DNA of 64,000 nucleotides from Ophelia neglecta (taxonomy: Eukaryota). Both the position numbers and the translations under genes were made by a program. Shown piece after piece: positions 39,472 through 50,612 of this stretch; the stretch's first letter is position 1, and each line of letters begins with the position of its first letter. The DNA is taken from assembly GCA_965285935.1 (NCBI GenBank), contig OZ260664.1, forward strand, positions 68,200,001 through 68,264,000, read 5' to 3'. Below the pieces are notes generated by a model, which worked only from the letters and a program-made list of their open reading frames with translations, had not been told where the DNA came from and did not search any database.

Positions 39472-42400
39472 GTAAGCATCCAAGAGAGAATCATGACTCG
39501 ATTGGTTTTACTCAGGAAGAGGAAATTGAGTGTTTGGAATTCGAAATGAATATAAGCTCTGACCCGATTATTTTTTTTCAGCTCGTGTCAGCTGGAAGGA
39601 ATGTAACTTAAATGAGAGTAACCGCGTTGATTGTGGTTTCTATGGAGTTAGCGAGGAGCAATGTTACGCGAGGGAATGTTGCTGGGGAGAATCTAATTCT
39701 GAAGACGTACCGTGGTGTTACCACTCTAAACGTAATTCAGTTGATAAGTTTTTGTAACCTATAAGCAAACTTTAGTGTGTTGACCATCACAGGCCTCTGC
39801 TGGGGCATTTGAAATGAACTATACACGGTTTTGCAAATTTATAAATGCATTAATGATTTCCTATGAGGTTACTAGAACTGTTATAATGTTAATGTTCCAT
39901 TTATATAGCTACACTCAGGGCAACATGCTCTGCTAGTCCAGATGAGAAATTGGAATGTGGTTATTATGGTATGCGAAAGGAACAGTGCCTGGCCATGGAC
40001 TGTTGTTGGCAACCCTCCGGAGTCCGGGAGGCACCTTGGTGTTATCAACCCATACGTAATTATAATGATTGTTTTATAATCCTTGACATGTTCATATTAA
40101 TGCAGTGATGGTGGTAAGAAGGTTTGGCTATGTTTTCGCTTATTTAAACAAAGGATTTGCTTTAAATTACCGAAAGGCCGCCTTTGCCAATTAGAAATAG
40201 GAGTCGCTATCGTGTAGCCTGGAACGGTTTTTGAATGCGCTGAACATAATGATGAGACCAAAAACAACACAGCGGGTCACATTCATATCGCTGGTCAAAG
40301 GTACGGGTAAGCTCGAGGAAACTTTTTCTCAATCCTCCAGCCCGCTCCTGACCCTTAGTACGTCATATTGATACACTTAAAAAAGAGGACGTTTATGCCA
40401 TAGATAACGTTCAATATTCGAATTCAATAACGTGTCGAAAACTTGTAAAACTGTATTGATTTGACTTTGGATATATCGCCAGCAATTCAAAACTCAACCA
40501 TATGGGTTGCAATATTCTTCTTATCAGTACTGAATTTGGCACGTGAAAACGGATGACAGTGGTGTCCAGTACAAAGTGTACTTACGCATGAAAAGTAATG
40601 CCGCCCGTCACACAACATGCCTTTCAGGAATATTATTCAAACTGGATTTGATATTGCTTATAATCTAAATTGCGTTTAACTCAGATGAATGGTGTAAGCG
40701 CGTTTGGGCATTGCGTAGATGATTATGCACGTGTGTTTATTGAATCAACCTCATCACCGTTTAATTTACTTACCTTTCTAGTTAATAATGGTATAACTAC
40801 GCTGTGACTATTCTCCAGGATCTACGTCATATGCCTTGTAGGTGTTCCGGTCTACGAGGGGGAATGCGGCGTTCCAGCCATCCCTCCCAACGGGCTTTCT
40901 CGCATAGTGGGTGGAGAAGAAGCCAAACCGCATAGTTGGCCGTGGATGGTCAGCTTACAGAATGAGGACGGACACATCTGTGGTGCCAGTCTAATCAACA
41001 ATCAGTGGGTGGTGTCAGCTGCTCATTGTCTGGGAGGGTACAAACAACTGTTTTAATTCATGTGTCTGCGTATCAATAACAATCAACTTAAATTGGAGGC
41101 TAGAACGCTCCTTCATTATTTTCATATATACGCTTTTGGTGCATGACTATTAAGAGTCACGTATTGTTTATACTAGATTTGAATAATTATAATATCGTTA
41201 AGACTTTCTATGAACATTCACTGCATTTTGAATAACGTTGACTTCAGATTGCCGGGAGGCAACTCGTTTGCCGTCCTTGGACTACACAGTAGATCAGAGT
41301 TTGACGAACCACAGCAGTCTTTTGCTATTGTCGAATTCATTCAGCATGAAGATTATGGGAGAAATGATAAAGGTTTTTCAAGTGCCGACATTATGGTTGG
41401 AAAATTAGATAGGGCTGTAGTGTTTAACGATTACATATCCCCAGTGTGTCTCATGGAAACAGACAAAGATATAGCCGGCAGACACGCATACGGAATTGGC
41501 TGGGGCCAATTGAGAGGTAAATGTATAATGGCTTAAGGTCCTAGGTATAAGAAGCCTTCATCGTCATTATCTTCATCTTCATTAATAGAAAGCTGTTTGT
41601 CAAAATAACAACTGATGTTTGTGCTTTTGCCCTCTGTCATCTACTATTTTATTAGTTTACCAGGTAACATGGACTCTGTATGGCAACATAATGTGTTTGT
41701 CCTGCTTGTACATTGGTGTCGGATTCTTGTCCTTCTCGACGCCATTGACGCTAAGCATGTCACGTTAAAACAACATACGCACAAACATATTTACAACAAA
41801 CAACAACAAACAACAAGTTTTTAAGTGCCAGGAACGCATTACTAAAATCATGTACCGGAAATTTTATTACTGTTATCCAAAAAGCAAATTGGCCGCAAAG
41901 GCGCTAGAGTCGCGTAATTGCGTGTTAATATAGTGACATGCAAGTCATATTAACAAACTATGGATAACGGGGTTATAAGTTGTCATTTGCCTCTACCTCG
42001 AGGTTATTACCGATTATTAAGCCCCTGTCCTGGCTACATGACGCAAGATAGGCATGTGTAATTAAATGCTATATATCAAGCGCAAAACGAGTACCGTAAA
42101 TTTATAGCACATAAGAATTTGAAATCACGTGATGTAGCCAAATACCTGTGATCCTGTGTTCTGTATAACAGTATAGTCCTGTCCACTTTGGGATTATTAA
42201 AGCTACTTTATCCCATCTCTAGAGGATTTGGGACCACCGGACAAACTTCAGCAGGTGATGACGCCTATTTTGAGCAATGATCAGTGTAACGACCCTGACT
42301 GGTACGACGGTGGAATAGACGATAACATGCTGTGTGCTGGCTACGAGGAAGGAGGCAAAAGCGGTTGCTTTGTTAGTAATATCAAAATCACAGTTTTCAT

Positions 42401-43035
42401 CGGAACCAGGATATCCTTAATGATTCAGCTTGTCATTCAAACATTTATCAGTTATCAAAATGTTTAAGACTTACTTTAAATTAAAGTTATCAATGGATAT
42501 GATTAAATTTGTATTTGTCGAACTAAGATTTCGTGCTAGATTGCTGAATTTTAATTGACCTGTAAAATTTTACCCTTTTCAATGCTCTTAGTATCAGTGA
42601 AATAGACTAATTGTGCGCCAATTGTCCGTGTGCCAATCTTGGATTACTCATGTATTGACAGGACTGCTTTTTTTTATTCAATTTCTATTGGGATTCAAGG
42701 CTTTTTCTTGCATAATTTCCAAGAATTTACCCCGAGTGCCCCAATAACACTGGATCCCCGTGCACTTAGAAGAACAGAATGACCCGGTACAATGAATCTA
42801 AGAGCCATGCACATCACAGTACTACTGTTCATTATAAAATTACAGTCGGAAGAACATCTATTTGCAGGGAGACTCCGGTGGTCCATTAGTTATCAACGAG
42901 GACGGACATTGGACCTTAGTTGGTTTGGTCACTGGAGGGTGGAAGTGCGGTGGTAGTCGAACCCCCGGGTACTTCTGCAGAGTGTCTACCTACATCGAAT
43001 GGATAGAGCAGACTATCGCAGAGCATGGAGGGTAG
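39345..43035 (+). CDS. Secreted double-trefoil (P-type) domain S1A serine protease zymogen, 401 aa; join(39345..39471,39582..39731,39909..40055,40842..41037,41248..41516,42223..42371,42868..43035)
   Basis: Seven exons with GT-AG borders total 1206 nt and stay in frame. Protein: signal peptide, two 6-Cys trefoil domains, linker ECGVP, activation site LSR|IVGG, catalytic triad motifs AAHC, ADIM and GDSGGP, stop TAG at 43033-43035. Confidence 0.93.
39582..39731 (+). CDS. Protease exon 2: trefoil domain 1
   Basis: Acceptor TTTTTTTTCAG; encodes [40 protein letters not shown]; 150 nt, phase 1-1. Confidence 0.92.
39909..40055 (+). CDS. Protease exon 3: trefoil domain 2
   Basis: Encodes [40 protein letters not shown]; 147 nt, phase 1-1; donor C|GTAATT. 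Confidence 0.92.
40842..41037 (+). CDS. Protease exon 4: linker, activation site and catalytic His
   Basis: Encodes [20 protein letters not shown]|[44 protein letters not shown]. Confidence 0.94.
41248..41516 (+). CDS. Protease exon 5: catalytic Asp region
   Basis: Within ORF 41210..41536: [10 protein letters not shown]...YISPVCL...YGIGWGQLR; acceptor CTTCAG, donor G|GTAAAT. Confidence 0.94.
42223..42371 (+). CDS. Protease exon 6
   Basis: [17 protein letters not shown]...[15 protein letters not shown]; phase-0 donor GTTAGT just before GDSGGP, a common intron position in trypsin-family genes. Confidence 0.94.
42868..43035 (+). CDS. Protease exon 7: catalytic Ser and C-terminus
   Basis: Acceptor TTTGCAG; encodes [55 protein letters not shown]. 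Confidence 0.95.
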   Translation, partial: GDSGGPLVINEDGHWTLVGLVTGGWKCGGSRTPGYFCRVSTYIEWIEQTIAEHGG

Positions 43036-43077
43036 TTGACGTGATACTCAATGTTAGTTGGACACGCTAGCTAAGGG

Positions 43078-43083
43078 AATAAA
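43078..43083 (+). terminator. Polyadenylation signal of the protease gene
   Basis: AATAAA 43 nt after the stop codon; a second AATAAA lies near 43211. Confidence 0.6.
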
Positions 43084-43905
43084 GCAAATCGTAACTGTAT
43101 GCATCACATTTCATCATTTACGAACAGTTCTATTTTCAATGGAATAGCAAAATGACGAATTTATTAACCAAATTAGGCATAATTTAGTGAAAAGCCTATT
43201 TACTGGTACAAATAAAGTAAAGAGTGTTTAGTGTAAAGTAGTGTTTATACACACACACTATTCCCATATACTTGCGAGCAGTACATGGGATAAATACCAA
43301 TCCAAAACAGCCTAACTTTGGCCTTTATCGGTGTATTAAGCAGTTCCGTGCCTCCAGAACAAAATGCTGCTCGTGCAAATACCTGGACACAGTTCGGTGT
43401 TCACTACACAAAAATCCCAAAAGTTAGGCTGCTTTGATTTTTTCCTTTTCCGGTAGATACGCATAATAGGCTACATGCCTAGAGAGCTGCTGATCACGAT
43501 ATATCCCTTGTGACAAAGCTTTTAAGTTTGGTCATTTGGACTAGGTTGTTTAACGAATTTTATTGTCTGGCTATGTCTTTGGATCTTAAATCACGAATCG
43601 CGTATCAGCGTTTCATGCTCTTACAAACAGTTTTTGTCCTACGTGGTAAATTAAATATGTGTCATATGGGCGGATACTCACAATGCATTAACCCATATCT
43701 GTTTGTCTTCAAAAGAAAATGGCCAACCCTCGACAATTGTGCAACTATTTGCGAACTGTTTTTATTTTACGATGGCTTAAGAAAGGCGCGAGCACAGATT
43801 ACTAGCTCCTCTGCTTTGAAAGCCAAATGCGACTTTCGAATTGTATACTTTTTAAGCTGTATGCATTTTAAATCTGGGGGATATTAAGAGTTTGGGGACA
43901 AATTA

Positions 43906-44684
43906 AGCCCCAGTCCCACAAACGACGGTGTGACTACGGTCCTTCAAGGATCTCCACGGATCTCCACGGATTATCCCGGTGATGAAAATATTGAGCACCG
44001 TGATGAACCGTGATGAACCGTGGAAGTGTTACTATAAATAGTAACAAGCCGGTCCCAGTACGGTTTGGTTACGGTCCTTCACGTTTAATCACGGTGCTAA
44101 CACGACAATGCCCGGTGATGCTACGGTGAGAACACGGTGTCTTCAAGGTTGTTGCCGGTGGCACCACGGTAATTCCCGGTCTAGCTACGGTCGGCCCCGG
44201 CGAGTCACGGTGTGACCACGGTATTCACGGCGCTGCCACGGTTCTTCAAGGTATTACTACGGTCCTCCCCGGTGCAGACTGTTTGTGTCCTCCCGGTGGA
44301 CCGTAGTCTGATCGGGGTCACCGTGTTGGCACCGTGACACGACCGGCAAGAACTTCCTACTCCTAGCCCTTCCCGGTCCTTCACGGTGCACCAAGGTTTA
44401 TTCCCGGGGTCAACACGGTCATGCTACGGTGGTCCCGGTTGAGTTACGGTTTGACCAAGGATTGACTACGGATGTGTTTTCTTCACGGTGACCCACGGTT
44501 GTCCCCGGTTGTCCCCGACTGTTTTTGACATGTCAAAAACCACCGGGGAGCATCCCGGTCCCTCACGGACACTCCCGGACACTCAAGGATTGACTACGGA
44601 TTGGTGACGGTTTACTCAAGGTTCTCCACGGTTCTTCACGGTGTCAGCACCGGGATGGACCGGGAGCTCTGTGGGACTGGGGCT
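43906..44684. mobile_element. Non-autonomous PIF/Harbinger-type DNA transposon (MITE), 779 bp
   Basis: Perfect 15-bp TIRs AGCCCCAGTCCCACA (43906-43920) and TGTGGGACTGGGGCT (44670-44684); TTA on both flanks (43903-43905, 44685-44687); GC-rich, no ORF of 60 aa or more. Confidence 0.88.
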
Positions 44685-45369
44685 TTACATTGCAAATACG
44701 TCTGAATTTGTACATGCGCTAGAAGGAAAATGTTTGATGTCAATACTTAAACTAATTTTGATGTGCTTTTTATTCTGTGTTTCATCAGCAATTATCTAAG
44801 CATAAATGAAAATAATAATAAAAACATAAGCTTTTTTTAATTAGAAAAATGCCAATCTTTTACAACAGAACCCATAAGGATTTGTTTTTTGTCACATTTT
44901 CAATTAGCATACATGTTCAGATGCACATATATTTGGTCCTTACTAGCAGTTTATCTTCATCGTCTTTTCTAGCCAGTAGTATTAAGACTTGATGCGTTAC
45001 TCTTCTTTTAGCGCTAAGAAAAAGTATATTTTGGATTATTTGTATTTCATTTTGATAACTTGTTGCGAGTAGCATCAGGCATTAAGCGATGGACTCAATA
45101 CCTCACTTGCCAAGGGCACTGGGAACTGGGAACTGGGAAGTACGTGTTCGTCATCAGATATTAGTCCTAAGTCGGAAGTTCTTTCTCTCGTTGCTGGCCA
45201 TGCTGCGAGACAGATGGACAGATTATAATGTTGGTTGATTGTATCGGTATTGTCCTTGGCACCTCCAAGGCCTTTGGGACAATAAAGCCTCGTCAGCCGT
45301 CACTCTAATGATTCCTTCTCCCGTTGCCCTTCTTATTTCCACACCGCTCTTCCGTTCATCTGCTGAAAT

Positions 45370-45950
45370 GGATCATTGGTCATGACTGCTCCACAGTTTA
45401 CAATACAACTCAGATTTAAAAAGTGTATGACTCGCCAGGGCTGGTTCCCAGTTAAAAATACAACTGAGAGATTTTATAATTGTATCACTGGTCAGGACTG
45501 GTCCTCAGTTTATAATATAACTGACGGCAAGAAAGTTTAGCTATTTTTTTTATCATATTTCCCTTTGTCATCCCCCAAATAAGTGTATGGGCCTCGTATG
45601 CCATGGCTATCTAAACGACAGAAAACCTCAACTATAACTAAAAATACAATATTCACCAATGTGAATAGTCTGAAGCGCAGCACTGAGAGAGCGCATTATC
45701 AAATCATTTTACTCGGATATAAGAGTAATTTAAAAAAAGGACTTATTAACTTTTTCATAAAAAGAAAGAAATCATCAAATTCTCAGGACAAATTTATAAT
45801 TAATGGCCAATTACCTACTGATCCCGTTGGGACAAGCTACTGGATTAGCATAACTTCATTATTACAAATATGTAATCGTTAGAAATAAATTCAGAACAGA
45901 AAATCTTATTCATCCGTTGGATTATTTAGAGGATCACCAGCCACAAATTT
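45370..45950 (+). mobile_element. Probable CR1-group LINE ORF2 linker fragment, degenerate
   Basis: Translated pieces QDWSSVYNITD, MPWLS and DKFIINGQLPTDP occur in the order seen between the endonuclease and RT domains of CR1-like elements. Confidence 0.45.
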
Positions 45951-48900
45951 TCCATGCGAAGCTCGCTTATATTCTTGATTACATCTAAATCGCAGCTAAT
46001 TGCACTTATGAGGCTGGGTTGATACCAACATTCCTACACACGGATTTGAGCCAGGCAATGTGTAAGAAAACTTAAAGAAAGCTTACACACCAAGTAGTTT
46101 TAAATTGGAAACAGTACTAAACATTACGAAAATTGAGCTCACGCGAAGTAGTATCCAAAATGTCATCAAATATAAAATACCTCACGATTATTTCCTATTG
46201 CGAGCATGCAACTAAGCAAATTGTAATTACTAATCACCGGGTTTTTAATAAAAACATACCAAATAAATTAACTCAATAAAATTTATTTGCGTTAGTGGTA
46301 AATCTGCATGTAATACTGTACAGTTTGGTAGAAAGTAATTAACAGATCACAGTAATGGACAGAATTATTACAAGTAAACAATCCTAAGATGAACAAGAAG
46401 TTAGTACGGGTGCTTTGTTTAACAAATGTAACTAGAGATATTACAACTAGGTGACAACATACAATTTATTAAGTCAGTACCGCTATGTATATGTTATTTT
46501 TACCTCCATCTACTTGTCTTGCACTCCTATAGTTAGTATCTGATTATGATTAAACAGGCAATCTCACAAGAAAGGCGAAATTATGCACAATCATGAACGT
46601 TTCCTAACTACATAATGGATAAACCTGTGTATGTATTTGGTCAAATTTGTGGCGTCAAAGAAACCTTTGCTTGCTTCAGGTTTGTGTTAAATGCCAGTAC
46701 TAGATAATGGTCAGAATCGACTTATTTACATCATTAAATGAACTAGCCTTTGATTATACGGAAAGGTCCTCCCCTTAACAAGGATACGAGTCGTTAAAAA
46801 TGCTTCATAGTTCATACCTGCTACATATATCTGACGGGAAATCCTAATGGCTACAGTAAATAAACAAGCATGCTTTGGCAACTCCACTTGTAGAAAGAAC
46901 TTGTTTTAGTGATTCAAATTTACACAAAAGGCCATATTAATCATTTGATAGCGTTGTTGTTATTGACGTGACGTTCGTTTTCATGAATTCATAACGGCTT
47001 AATACCTTTGCATTGATGTCAATACAATGAGTATTTTTTATTCATTTGCCTTTTAGGTGCATTGTTTCAATCAAACGTTGCCATTATGCCCATACACGTA
47101 TAAAAACAAATGAGTGGAAACATGGCAGACAAAATCCTTAAAAAAGAACCGAAGCCTTCATACACCAATCTTCGGCTCACAACTACCGGTAAACACGAAG
47201 TCATCAAGGACCACCTTGGTCCACATACACCACAACTCACAGTAAATGATATTCTAATGACAATGATACACAATAAAAATAAAAATTACATCACTTGCAA
47301 TAACTAGTAGTCAACAGGTATTATGCTGCCAGTCGGAACACGAAACGAACGACTCGCAGGTCAACTTAGACATATATAAAATAAGCGTTAGGAATCTTTT
47401 GTTGTATAATCTCTCTCCTAATTTGGTTTTTTGTAGTGTCCCTCTTGCTCTAAATATAAGACGCAGTAAAGGTGCAGTGCTTAGATGTGGGCTGCGTTTC
47501 TACTTAACCTGGACTGTTATAACGCGGAACCATGTGGGTCTTTCCATAATCAGGGGTAGTTATTTGCTTCTAGGCTTGGCAGCAGCTGGATCAAATCATT
47601 TCAGGGTGCGATTGCGGAAAGGGCTGCATTGGTTCGGACAGGATAAGGCTTGCCAATGGACGCAAGGCGGTGGAATCGGCCACCAAATATATGGTCAGTC
47701 ACCACGATAGTTTGGTGATTGGTAGGCAATTACTTCCCAGCCCACACACACACAAACACCCACCCACTCGCAGACATGAATCTCACCCAACACCTACGCG
47801 AGGTAAGTCAACCTCCAGGAACCTATTCATAATAGCGGACCTACGCAAATATGTAGGTAGAAATGGTTTAGTTGGTTTATGTCCGAGTGGTCGGGGTGGG
47901 AGAGAGGGACGGGGGTCGATTTCTAACTCGGATTTCATAAACTTCTAAGCCTGTTGATGTCCAAAACATATATCATAGACTTTATCTGCAAATCTGATTT
48001 TGAGGGAGTACGGGTAGGTTTCGTATAATTTTTAGTCATATATTTTAAATGATGCACCAAAAATATACACTATAATCCCTTATGTAACTCCACTTATGCT
48101 ACGGTCTTATACTATTAAACTGAGAGTGTTCTCTTCTTTTTATTTGCTTCAACTTTTGAATAAATAAACACATAATAGATTGAAATAAAACAGGATTTGT
48201 GTTCTTAATGCTGTTGATGTCAATACTGTATTGTAAGCTTAAAGTCTTCCGATTAGCCACAGAATGAATGTGTGTAGATGATTTTTCCAACTGCCATGGC
48301 CGAAAGCGGCAATATACATTCATTGAATGGGACTTATTATTCCCTGTGTATCTCGGTCCATTCCCTACCAACTCCATTACTCTATCCTGCCCCCCTTCTT
48401 ATTGCCCTCAAGTCCCCGCCTCCTTCTCTGTACGCCTTGTCGCGTATCCACATTTCTCTCACATTCTAGCGATATCCTCTGGCATTCTGTTCCCCTCTCC
48501 ATCGCTGCCTCTCTTTTACCCTATCGAGTTAGCCTGAAGAAGCCGGCTTGATACTAAACAATGACTATTTTGGAAACAATAGCATAAGCCTTGGTTTTTT
48601 TAATTTTATATGCCTTAATCCTATTACCTAAATAAAACAAACAGTAATCAGGATTGCAAATACTATAACATATATACATTTCTTCTCCGGCCCGACGTCC
48701 TACATTAGGGACCGCGTGTTTATTTATCTTTATTCCATGTTTGCGAGGTAACTTAAGACTTATTTTATACATGCAAAACTTAGCGAAAGAGATAACCTTC
48801 TTTAAAATAATGTTTTTGTGCAAATGTAGACCTATACTTGACACACTTTCAAGCCATTGTCGGAAAAGAAATTTTGTTTAAGATAAACATGACTTTGAAG

Positions 48901-50257
48901 TTGCCGCCAAAGAAAACACAAAAAAAGCATAATGCAATTTAGCCGCTGTATCAACGAACTAAAGTTTTTGTTTCAAAAAGGGTTCTAGTTATATGGCAAA
49001 ACTGGCTGGGTCGTCTCTTCCAAACTCTGTCTCAGGGCCGCTTTATCAACACAATAAACTCAGAGGGGTAATGTATAATGTTTTTGCCAATTAAGAGACT
49101 GACATTCAATGACTGAGAACGACGTATTAAATCTCGAAGGACACAATATGTTCCTAATTATAATATTAACCATCCAACCATCAACCTAAATTTACTGGAT
49201 TTTTCTTTTGATCAACTTATTCAATGCAGCGTTGGGCAACAAATGTTCCTCAATACAGTTGAAATAAAACATGATTGGCTATATTACAGTTGGTTTTGGT
49301 ATAGCAAATTATTACATATTCAAAGAAGAGAAGCTCTATAACAAGAAGAGGTATGTTGTCATTGGGTTAAATCTTATCACAAGTGAACCTTGAAAATCTA
49401 GCACCCAATCCGGTGGCCGGTGTACTACAAACGTAATCAAATGCTAAAGAACATTATTCAACAGGGTAAACATTCCATCTGCAAGCCTTATACAGTTATT
49501 CCACTATTTAAACGTCCAACACAACGAAATTTTTTAAGTGGAGAGCCAACCAATAGGCATTCTGTTGGATATAATAAAGGGCCATGTTGACCAGTTGCAC
49601 TTATTGTGCTAAGCCAAAATGTCACAGCCAGAGTGCCAGATTATTTCATTGCCAGGGTCTACTTGCAATATAACCTGTGCGAATCAATTAAGGGGAGCTA
49701 TTACCGAACACACTGTTGCCAGTGAGAGTTGCGGCCACTATAAGGATATGTGGAAATCTAAGCAAATAAAAATTGCCAGGGATGAAACCGCACACCTACA
49801 TGTGATAGCTGTTCAGTTGTTATATGTGCAAAGATGATTCTTGGGCCGGAAAATTTACGTCACGAAATAAAATGCAGGGAAATAATTTGTATTATAGATA
49901 ACTTTTGCAATGTGTCTTTACTTGTCGCGCATGTAGCAATTTTCGTTATAAGCTTAGTTAGCGCTCGTTGGTATCAATTGCAGGGATTAGTAAGATTATA
50001 AGTAGAAATGTTTGGACTGTACGCTAACCTTTCTTCGCGTACGTTACCTGATTACGAAGTATACATGTTAATATTTCTTTGTATAACTAACTATTATGAA
50101 ATTACCATTAAAGTGGCAAAGCGTGAAATAGCGTCTTCCACTGCAATCTAATAATTTGTACAGATGCTGCATACAATTAAACATTTAAAGACGGAATCAC
50201 ACTTGAATACAGCACTCTATAACAAGTTGGAGTTACATCACACTTGACAAAAACGAA

Positions 50258-50263
50258 TTTATT
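50258..50263 (-). terminator. Candidate polyadenylation signal of the Popeye gene
   Basis: AATAAA on the - strand about 350 nt past the stop codon; more distal sites are possible. Confidence 0.35.
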
Positions 50264-50612
50264 GTGATGGTTAGTACGCGTGTGCACATGTCTATAAGAG
50301 CACATAAACTGCGACATAGCTACTTGAGAGCACAACATCATTCATTTACATATATCTGCATTATTGCATTTTAGTGCTTTTTTGCGGCGTCACTTTCTTC
50401 TATAATAAATCATTTGGATATATCAGTAGGTTAATACTGAAATAAATCTACACATGCATCGTCCCTCTGTCCCAACATTATAACGTTGACTTCAAACATT
50501 TAGATACTACCACGAGGCTCCTTTTTCGATCGCCAAGACATTACACTAGCGAGGTGTTGAGCTCGATTGCCATCATACTGCCCACCGTAGTGCCCATGGC
50601 TCAAATAATTCT

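Noticed and set aside
40819-40841. Alternative upstream acceptor (TTCTCCAG) for protease exon 4
   Set aside because: It introduces an in-frame TAG at 40839-40841; the acceptor ending at 40841 keeps the frame open.
43906-44684. Repeat-spacer pattern resembling a CRISPR array
   Set aside because: Cores are only 5-6 bp with ~5-bp spacers, there are no cas genes, the context is eukaryotic, and TIRs plus a target duplication identify a transposon.
47776-47790. Peptide MNLTQ matching the Popeye N-terminus
   Set aside because: Five residues only, different codons, opposite strand; most likely coincidence.
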